From Malacoraja senta (lineage: Eukaryota), in NCBI GenBank assembly GCA_038087875.1, contig CM075988.1, positions 17,672,001 to 17,736,000 on the forward strand: DNA of 64,000 bases. The letters run 5' to 3'. Below are positions 54,080-64,000 of this stretch, piece by piece. The notes under the pieces were generated by a model. It saw only the letters and a list, made by a program, of their open reading frames with translations, did not search any database and was not told the origin of the DNA. Each line of letters begins with the position of its first letter. Position 1 is the first letter of the stretch. A program made the translations under genes and the position numbers.

Positions 54080-55060
54080 AGTCCTGGCAACATCCTCGTA
54101 AACCTTCTCTGCACTCTTGCCAGCTTAACAACTTCCTTCCTATATCAGGATGACCAAAACTGAACACAATACTCCAAATGCGGCCTCACTATCATCTTGT
54201 ACAACTGTAACATAACATCCCAACTTCTATACTCAATACCCTGAATGATAAAGGCCAATGTACTGAAAGCCTTCTTGACCACTCTATCTACCTGTGACGC
54301 CACTTTCAAGGAACTATGTACCTGCACTCCTAGATCCCTCTGCTCTACAACATTCCCCAGGATCCTGCCAATCACTTTGAAGGTCCTGCCCTGGTTTGAC
54401 TTCCAAAATGCAACACCTCACAGTAATCTGCATTAAACTTCATTAACCAATTCTCGCCCATTTGCCCAACTGATCAAGGTTCTGCTATATTTTTTGATAA
54501 CCAACTTCGCTATTTACAATACCAGCCACTTTAGTGTCATCTGCAAACATACTGATTATGTTTTCTGCATTCTCATCCAAATCATTGATATAAACAACAC
54601 ACAGCATTGGCCTAGCACCTCACTAGTTACCTTTACCATCCTATCTTCGTATTCTGCCACCTTCAGGAATCCGTGAATTTGTACATAAGGCAGTTCTGTC
54701 CCTCAATATTTTCTTGGGCCCTACATTCGATGTGTATATCCTAATTTTATTTGACCTCCCAAAATAAATCACTTTGCATTTAGCAGGATTAAACTCCATC
54801 TGCCATTTGTCCAATTTGGCATCCGATCAGCACCTTTCTGTAGCCAGAGATTATCCTCCTCATTATCCACCACTGATTTTTTGTGTCATCAACAGATTTA
54901 GTAATCATTCTGACTACATTCATATCCAAATTTTTAATGGATGTGATAAATAGCAAGACACCAACACCTAGGTACACCCCTGGTCAGAACTTCAAATCAC
55001 AAATGCAACCCTTTGCTATTAACAAACCAATTTTGGATCCAATTGCCTTGGATTCCTTGT
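54080..55060 (-). mobile_element. CR1 fragments
   Basis: EQRDLGVQVHSSLKVASQVDRVVKKA..VRPHLEYCVQFWS. Confidence 0.8.
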
Positions 55061-55068
55061 GCTCCAAT

Positions 55069-55654
55069 CAGGCACGGAAATCGCTATCAAAACATGGGGG
55101 GGGGGCACAATTTCTTGGCGGCCGCGCCCGCATGCTCACACACGCGAGGCTTCGGCCATGGGCCCTGTGAACGGTAACATCGGGAGCTGACCTGGTTGGT
55201 GACCGACTCCAGCAACAGCAGCTCCGTCCGCCCCGAATCGTGGGGGTTTCAATCGGCCCATTCGCAGGTGCTTCAACATCGGGAGCCTCGACCGCGCTAT
55301 TTGACCGCGGGGCGGTGGAAGATCCCGTGGCTATCCTCAGTCCCACCCACCTATTTCCACTTCTGACCGACACCTCCCTCCTCCAATGATCGCCCTGAAT
55401 CATCATGGTCCTGCCCCCCCCCCCCCCCCCACTGCCTGCTGACCGACGTCTCTCTCGTCCAATCGTGCCCTCCCTCGATCATCAGTCCCACCCCCCACTG
55501 TCTCGCGAAAAGCTGAGATTTTTAATAGCTTTTTTTAACCGAGTTTTAAAATATGGATTATAAAACATGGGGGGGGGGGGAATCATTCCCCACCACTCAA
55601 AACATGGGGGGGGGGGCGTGTGTGCCCCCCCACCCCCCCGGATTTCCGCCCCTG
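55069..55654. mobile_element. hAT-like non-autonomous element inserted in a CR1 remnant
   Basis: TSD gctccaat/gctccagt (1 mismatch). Imperfect TIRs caggcacggaaatc / gatttccgcccctg. Repeated aaaacatggggggg subterminal motif. Confidence 0.7.
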
Positions 55655-58259
55655 GCTCCAGTGAATTGGATCAGCCTTCCATGTGGGTCATTTTGCTGAA
55701 GTCCATATCGACTAAATCAAGTACGGCACCCTCAGATGTATATTTAGTTATATCTTCAAAAAATTCAAATTAAATTAGTTGGAAGGGTTTCCCACCAGCA
55801 ACATCATATTTATTATCCTCCCTGTGCAGATTGATCCTCCCTCTTATTCGTAGAGTCATAGAGTCATGTGGCCCAACTCACCGCCCCGAATCGTGGGGCT
55901 TCAATCACCGCAAGATGTTCCAGCTAACTAGTTGGATTTGCCTGCATTTGGCCCATATCTCTCTAAACCTTTCCTATCCATGTGCCTGTCCAAATATATT
56001 TTAAATGGTGTTATTGTAATTGCTTCAACTACTACTTCTGGCAGCTTGTTCCATATACCCACCACCCTTGGTATGAAAAATCTTTTCCCTCTCATCATAA
56101 ACCTATGGCCTCTAGATTCCCCTCCCCAGGGAAAAAGACTGCATTGTACGCTAAATAAGCCTCTTGTGATTTTGTACACCTCTATAAGATCACCCCTCAG
56201 GCCAGTTCCCAAGGGAATGTATCTCTGCTGGGACTCCACAATTTCTTCTCCAGTTTCCCACAGTATCTTTGCATACCCAGCACCATCCTGGTCACACATT
56301 CATCTCGCCATTGCCATTGGAAGAAGGTACAGGAGACCTGAAATCTGTAACATCCAGGTTCAGGAACAGCTGCTTCCCCACAGCCATCAGGCTATTAAAC
56401 ACAACATCAAATAAGCTCTGAACAATAACAGTCTATTATTATTATTGCACTATATTTGTTTATTTATTGTGTATATATGGTCTATGATCTGTAGACACAC
56501 TGAACTTTTATCTTCCGTTTTGTATTATGTTTACATATTCTGTTGTGCTGCAACAAGAATTTCATTGTCCTATCGTGGGGCACATGACAATAAAACTCTC
56601 TTGACTTGATATACCTGATCAAGCCTCTGAGACCTACCTACCTTCAAATGTTTTAGGACATCCAGCACCTCCTCGACTGTAATACGGCACATCCTCAAGA
56701 CATTGCCATCAGCTTTCCCAAGTTTCCCAGTTCTCTTGTGTTTCTCCACAGTAAAAACTGACGAGAAATATTAATTGATGATCTTGCCCATCTCCTGTGG
56801 CTTCACTCATGGACGATCACTTTGGTTTCTGAGGTGCCTTATTCTCTCTTTAGTTTCCATTTTTTCCTTAATATGCATAACATTTCTTTTTATTCTCCTT
56901 AACCTTATCTGTCAGAGCTCACTCATGCACCTTCTTGCCCTGCTGATTTCCTTCTTGAGTATGCACTTCAATCCCCTTCACTCACCAGGGGCACATATGA
57001 TCCCAGCTGCCTATGTCTGACTCTTGCCTGCCTTTTTTTCCTGACCAGAACCTCAATTTCTCCTGTCATCCAAGATGCCTTACTCCCGCACTCTGACAGG
57101 AACATGCAGACCTTGAACTCACTTTGAAAACCCTCCCACTTGCTGGACTTCAATTTGCCTGCAAACAATCTGTTCCAATCAACTTGCGCAAACTCTCTCT
57201 AATACCGTTAAGATTTGCCATGCCCCAATTTAGAACTTTAACTTGTGGATCAGTACTGTCCTTTACCATAACTATTTAAAAATTAATAGAACACATAAGA
57301 GACTGAGGGGTGACCATGTAAAGGTATATAAAATTATGCGTATAGATAAGGTGAGCACACATAGGTATTTTCCCAAGGAAGGGGATTCAAAAAGTAGAGG
57401 GCACGCTTAAGGTGAGAGACTCCTGAAGCTACATGATTCTCCTTCGTGAATCAGAGATTCCCAGGAGTCAAAGGGAATCTTGCACTGTTGCAAAATGTCT
57501 TCGATAACATCCTTGAATCATTTCATACGTCTGCTACAAAACTGGTTACCTAAGGCCAACAGTTTAAGGCAAAAGAAGAAAAGTGTTATTTTTGGTACAG
57601 CTGATGTGTTCACTGCCTGAGAAGATGGCAGAAGTAAATGCAATAATAACTTTCAAATGGATTGAAGTTAAATATTGCCAAGGATAAAACAGAGGGCTGT
57701 CTGCAGAGAGTGGATGATTTGGAGAGTTGTACCAGTAACTGGCACAGAGACAATGGGCCAAGTGGCCTCTCATAATCAGTGTTTTGTTTCCCAAGAGGAA
57801 TTTCCTCCTTGGCTCCCCTTTTCTGGTCACATACTGCACATCTTTTCTCAGTCAAACTGTGAAGCTCACACTCATGCTCAGTTTGACAGTTGAAAGGCAT
57901 TTACAAACACCGTAGCCTGTGACCTTTACGCAGTGAAAGGTCACTGATGTGGATTGTGCTTTGATTCAGCACTTCAAAGCATCTCCATTTACAGCACTAA
58001 ACGGGCGGCCTTCCACGGCCAGGGGCTGTAAAACTTCATCATTTCTCTTTGATTTCAACAACGGGGCCAAATGTTAAAAGCTGAAGAAATAATCTGGAAT
58101 GATTTAAATCTCTTGAAGATATCATATAGTTTGTGAATGTTGAATGCTGGGCCACCACTTGTACGGAGAATAAGGGGATGCTGTTAGAGTCGGAGGGGGT
58201 GGGGAGTACAGTCTTGACGTGCAGCTTGATTTAAAGGAAATTCCCTTTTTTGTCTTTAA

Positions 58260-58712
58260 CCCCCCCCCCCCACATACACCCCACACACACCCACATACAT
58301 ACATGCGCAGAACACACGCACATGGCCCCAACACACACTCACCCACACCTCCCCTTCACACATGCACAGAACACACCCTCACCCGCATACCCCACACACC
58401 AATCACACACACGCAGAAACACACCCACAGAAACACCCCCTCACACACCCCACACCGCCCTCACAGCCCCCTCACCCCACACCCCTCACACACATGCACA
58501 ACCCCCCTCACATTCACGCACACCCCCCCTCACACACACACTCTCGTACAGAACATACACATGCACAGAACACACACACACACCTACGCGCAGACATACT
58601 CACACACACACTCCCGCTCCCATACACACACATACACACACACTCCCCCTCCATACACACATGCATCTCCCAACACAGACATACGCACACACACAGACAT
58701 ACGCGCACACAC
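58260..58712. repeat. Degenerate CA-rich low-complexity tract
   Basis: Directly visible; explains the H/T/P-rich spurious ORFs. Confidence 0.9.
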
Positions 58713-59209
58713 AGGCAATGTTGCAGTGTTTGCCTGGCAGGTGGAATTAATGTGTTTTCCCCAAAATTTGTTTCTAATTTCCTGACTGTGGAGCTGTAGG
58801 GGCCATAGCAAGGGTTAGGGTTAGTTAATACAGGAGTATGATCAAAGAAAACTTTGTACTCAGGCTTGTATGATAGTTAGAATAGCACAGGAACAGGTCT
58901 CTCAGCCCCAATATCTCTGCCAATCATAGTGTCAAATTAAACTAACCCCATCTGCCTGCACCTGATCACACATTCCTACATCCTGTGGCTGCTTATGTGT
59001 CCGTCTTATGGCCACTTGAACATCACAATCATGTCTGTCTCCACTGCCACCTGGCAGCCGGTTCCAGGCAGCCACCACTCTGTGTGTGTATAAAATCACT
59101 TGCTTTACACATCCACAATAACCTAAGCCTTCTCGCTTTTGACGTTTCCACCCTGGGGAAATGACTCTCCCTATTGTCTAAAACGAGATGTACAAACGTT
59201 CGGTTGAAG

Positions 59210-59342
59210 GTGTCTGAAGAAGGGTCTCGACCCAAAACGTCACCCACTCCTTCTCTCCAGAGCTGCTGCCTGTCCCGCTGACTTACTCCAGCATTTTGTG
59301 TCTATCTTTGGTTTAAACCAGCATCTGCAGTTCCTTCCTACC
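59210..59342 (+). mobile_element. Solo Penelope-like terminal repeat
   Basis: gtctgaagaagggtctcgacccaaaacgtcaccc...ccagcatctgcagttccttcctac. Further copies at ~4590, 6145, 17625, 18315, 21265, 22580, 26520, 37858, 45880 and 48965. Confidence 0.75.
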
Positions 59343-60920
59343 CGTTTGTTTGAAGAGATGGGTTTAAAGAAAAGAAAATTATTCTGTTGATTAATGAATA
59401 TTAAGAATAGCGAGAGTAAAAGGACTCTCACGTCAAGGCGCCACACCAAGGCATTGGTGTACTATTAAGTGTTGCCACTGTGCTAACATGGGAAGCACAC
59501 ACTCTGAGGGCATCAAACTCCTACGAGCAAGGTAATTCCAACCAGATTATCCATGCGAGTGAGGTTAGCTGAAGAATAAATATTCACCCCAAGGCACCAG
59601 GAATAACATTCCTGCTCCTCTTTGAAAGGATGCCATGTGGTGTTTTTCTTGAACTGGGAGACAGGGACTTGATTTTGGATCTTCCCCGAAAGACAGCACA
59701 TGGGTCAGTGCCGCACTCCCTTAGGGTGACACTGCAGTTCAAATTAGATTATTATTCTCAAACCTCTGGAAATAGCCGACGCCTGGACAATATCCCTCTG
59801 ATGCTTTCCTATCCATGATCCTGCCCAAATGTCTTTTCAATGCTATAATTTTACCTGCCCCTAATACTTCCCTTAGCAGCTCCACGCTCCGTTTGAAAAA
59901 AGATCCGTGCCTTTCGGATGAGCCATTAAACCGCGAGCATTAGTCTTAAGAGATCCATGGCACTATTTCAAAACAGGGCAGAGAAATAATTCTGGGCCAA
60001 TGCTCACCTATGATCCAACAGCATAAAACAAGACAATCTGTTGCTGTTGTAGGACCTTGCTCTGCCCAAATTGGCTGCCATTTTCCTACATTATAACAAT
60101 TGCCAGATCTTAAAATAAATATTTAATTGGCTCTGAGTGCTTGGCATGTTCTGAAAGGCTCTGTCTGAATGTGAGTTTCTTTCTCCTGCACAGCAGTAGC
60201 AGCTTACCAGCCCAGTGGTTTTTTTGACTGCAACAGAGATTTAACTATTATTCTGAGAATCTCTCGTTTAGAGCTTGGGGCAGGGTTTACTCTGCACTTT
60301 TTCCCCATTTTTTTGACGGATGAGCTGCCGTTTGTAAGATGGAAGGAATTATTTCTGGAAGACATCTTCACATTTGGAAGTGGAACCTAGGTCAGGTTAT
60401 TCCAGGGAGCCACCAGCTCAGCCCCCTTCATATGAGGATTAATGGTAAAAGTACAGGGAGGGGGAGGAAGAGAGAGAAAGCAGCTTGACGCGGTGACAGG
60501 AGTGCCTCTCATTGTGAAGCAGTCCCTGTGATATATCCTTTAACTGCTGGAGAGCAGAGGATTGACGTCAAACACTGCTGATCAGTATGCTGTTCGTTAA
60601 ATGAGACGGCTCAGGAAACGAGTTCATAACCATGAGCTCCTATCTGATTCTTTTGTCAGCAGCTTAGCTGAATACATTCTCTTGCTAAACTGTAGCCCTG
60701 CTATTGGGCTGTGGGTTGGGGAGGGTGGGGAGAGGAGAGTCGATAACATTTTCACGACAGGAGAGTCAAGGTCATTAAAAAGGAGAGGCAAACTTGCTTT
60801 GTTCTATGATGGATTTATTTTTTAAAGAATTTTCGCCACAATTTCAAGGGACGGTTGGTCAGAATGTCAAAGGTCAGCATGTCAAAGGTCAGCTGCTGTT
60901 ATGCTCCAGCACTTGAATCT

Positions 60921-61466
60921 GGACGATCGTTTTGCGGAACACCTTCGCTCAGCCCGCGTGAACTAAACTGATCTCCCGGTTGCTGGACACTTTAATTCTC
61001 CTTCCCATTCCTACACAGACCTTTCTGTCCTCGGTCTCCTCCATTGTCAGAGTGAGGCTAAACGCAAATTGGAGGAACAGCATCTCATATTTTGCTTGGG
61101 CAGCTTACAGCCCAGTCGTATGAATATTGATTTCTCTCACTTCCATCAGGTAGCCCCGGCATTTCCTCCCTCCCTCTCTATCCCTCCCCCACCCAAGTCG
61201 CACTAGCTTCTCATTTTCATCCTACAAACAGCTTACAATGGCCTGTTTACTTTATCATCATTACTTTTTTGCATATCTTTCATTCATTGTTCTTTATCGC
61301 TCCACATCACTTTCTATATCTCTCGTGTCGCTTATTCCTAATCAGTCTGAAGAAGGGTCTCGACCTGAAACGTCACCCATTCCTTCTCTCCAGAGATGCT
61401 GCCGGTCCCGCTGAGTTTTTTGTGTCTATCTTCAGTTTAAACCAGCATCTGCAGTTTCTTCTTACA
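60921..61466 (+). mobile_element. Penelope-like element 3' fragment (GIY-YIG C-terminus + terminal repeat)
   Basis: 11-bp TSD cacttgaatct (60910-60920 and 61467-61477). Translates DRFAEHLRS..LPVAGHFNSPSH..LSVLGLLHCQSEAKRKLEEQHLIFCLGSLQP. Confidence 0.85.
61347..61374 (+). ncRNA. Minimal hammerhead-ribozyme-like motif in Penelope-like terminus
   Basis: CUGAAGA-A-GGGU(CUCG)ACCU-GAAA-CG-UC, with palindromic ACGU at helix III. Confidence 0.55.
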
Positions 61467-61689
61467 CACTTGAATCTTTTAGTTGTCTAGGTGATCATTG
61501 ATCAGCATGGACTCGGTGGGCCGAAAGGCCTGTTTCCACGCTGTAGCTCTTAAACTAAACTGACTATTCTCGCTGATGTCAGTCTTTTCCGAAAGTTTTC
61601 CAGATGAGAGAATGGAATTTCTCTTTCTTCTCTTACATATAATTAGCCAGTTTGGCCTTTGAAAAAAGATGTGTAATTATGTAGCACTC

Positions 61690-63350
61690 AGAACATAGAA
61701 CAGTACTGCAAAAGAACCAAAAGTTGTGTTGAACATGATACCAAGTTAAACTGATCTCATCTGTCTGTACATGATCCATATCCCTCTATTCCTTGTACTT
61801 CTATGTACCTATCTAAAAGCCTCTTAAATGCCACGATCGTATCTGTCTCCACCACCACCCCAGGCCTCCACTACTACTCTGTGTAAAAAAAACTTGCACC
61901 GCTCATCTCCATTAAACTTTCCCTTCTCACCTTATAGTTATGCCCTCTAGTGTTGGACATTTTCACCCTGGGAAAAAGGTTCTGACTGTCTACCCTATCT
62001 ACACCTCTCATAAGTTTATATACTTCCATCAAGTCTCCCTCAACCTCTGACGTTCCAGAGAAAATAATCCAAGTCTGTCCACTTCTCATGTCCTTTTCGA
62101 GATGTTCAGTTTTGGTCACCCTGCTATAAGAAAGATGTCGTTAAGCTGGAAAGAGTGTCGAGAAGATTTTTGAGAATGTTGCCAGGACATGAGCTATAGG
62201 GGAAGGTTGATCAGGCTAGGACTTTATTCCTAGGATCGCAGGAGACCGAGGGGTAATTTTATGAAGCCGTATAAAATCATGATTCTCAGAATTCTCAGAC
62301 TTTTTTTTACCCAGAGTAGGGGAATCAAGAACCAGAGAGCATAGGTTTAAAGTGAGATGGGAAAGATTTAATAAGATCCTGAGGGGCAACATTTTCATTT
62401 GGAGGGTAGTGGGTATCTGGAACGAGCTGCCAGATGAGTTATTTCAGGCAGGTACTATAACAGCATTTAAAAGACGCTTGGACATGGATAGGTAAGGGTT
62501 GGGGGGATGTCGGACAAATGAGAATTGTGAGATGGTGAATTTTGGTCGACATGGACGAGTTGGGCCGAAGGCCCTGTTTTATGCTTTAGTACTCTATGTT
62601 CTAAAATACATTGCATCCTGTTTACTATTTTTAACGTGTATTCAGTGATGTAAGAGATGCAACAGACATTTTACAAACAGCAATGTGTTCGCAACTGGAT
62701 AATCTGTTTTTAACATTTAATGTTGAGTCATAGTCACATAAATGGCCCCTTCAGCCCACCACGTCCATGCTGATCTTTTTGCCCATGCACACTCATACAG
62801 TTTGGTCACATTAGGACCATACACTTCTACGCCTTACCTATTTAACTGTCTGTCTAAATGCATATTAAAAGTCATAATTACTTCTGATACAACCACCACC
62901 TCTGGTAGCAAATACCTGATATCAACTGCTTTCTGTGTAAAAAGCTCACCTCACAGATCCCCTTTAAAACTTACGTCCCTTGTTTTTGATGACATGGGAA
63001 ATAGATTTTGCCTCTCTATCTCATCTATGCCTCTCATAATCCAATATACTTCCATCAGGTCACCTCAGCCTCTTTCACTCCTGGCAGTGAGTCTGGATTT
63101 TGCCTTTGGTTAGTTGAATATGCTATCCAACTCTAATGAGTGGACTTCAGTATACATTCTCTGTGGCAGAGAATTCCAGAAATTCACAACTCTGGGTGAG
63201 AACATTTTTTCTCATCTCAATATTAAATATCCTCCCCTTTATACTTAGACTGTAGCCCCTGGTTCTGCCCCCCCCCCCCCCCCCCCCCTCCAACATTGGG
63301 AACATTTTTCCTGCATCTAGCTTGTCCAGTCCTTTTATAATTTTATATGT
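61690..63350. mobile_element. Cluster of CR1 3' fragments in both orientations
   Basis: GDLMEVYKLMRG..TRGH; YKIIKGLDKLDAGKMFP. Confidence 0.75.
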
Positions 63351-64000
63351 AAGACTTTCATGAGACTTTACGTAAAGGGGAAGAGTCCTGGTTTTTATCA
63401 CTAGATTATCAGGTCATTATTACGCTACCGTTTGTAGGAGCTGGTGTGTGTAAAGTGACCGCAGTGCTTTCCACACCAGTCAATACTCTCCATTATCTGT
63501 AAAGCTCTTTGGAATATCCTACGGCACGAGAAAAGCTATGGAGATACAAGAGACTCACTTCTGTAACTACAATTTTTATTTTCCTTTTCTAATTTGTATG
63601 CAATGGGTTTCACAGATTACAAACAGATTGGAGAAACAGTTATTTCTAATCTTATATTGAATGCTCCTACAGGGACACTTTCTGAACTAGTATTTAAGAA
63701 ATGTAATCTTCCCACATAAATCTTTGACATCTTTATAGATCACTTAAGCCAATTTATGCAGCTTGTGAGCACAAAATGTCTCAGACATCAATGGGACTGG
63801 CAGTGCAATGGAGCCACTTTTTTCCTGGGAAACGCGGAGCCTCTGTACACAGTGAAGCCGAGGAGCTCCCAGTTAGTGTACAGTTCACTCTGCTGAAGTT
63901 CCAGGGATCTGTTTCCATAAACGAGGCACAGCAGTACAGATACTGCCTTACAGCGCCAGAGACCCTGATTTGATCCCAACTATGGGTGCGTGTCTATATG

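Noticed and set aside
58219..58811. His/Thr/Pro-rich ORFs
   Set aside because: Translations of a CA-rich low-complexity tract.

Overview
Eukaryotic, repeat-dense vertebrate genomic DNA. The repeat complement (CR1 LINEs, Rex1/Babar-like LINEs, Penelope-like elements, HE1-like SINEs) points to a cartilaginous fish, probably a skate or ray; this is inference. The window lies inside a SIK2 (salt-inducible kinase 2) gene on the + strand. Only two kinase-domain exons are visible (17402-17518 and 18554-18617); the rest is intron, with a 200-N gap at 53391-53590. The main finding is two copies (19130-19250 and 21578-21718, - strand) of a ~140-nt SINE-like retroelement. Each has a target-site duplication and a GAA-repeat tail. 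Its first 54 nt fold into a minimal HDV/CPEB3-like self-cleaving ribozyme, and each insertion starts at the predicted cleavage site. Also present: minimal hammerhead-like motifs in Penelope-like termini, two 22-bp palindromic micro-insertions with 8-bp TSDs, a full-length Tc1 (DD34E) in a three-level nest, and hAT and Harbinger MITEs. Most ORF-track entries are spurious or transposon-derived. Boundaries of decayed repeats are approximate.
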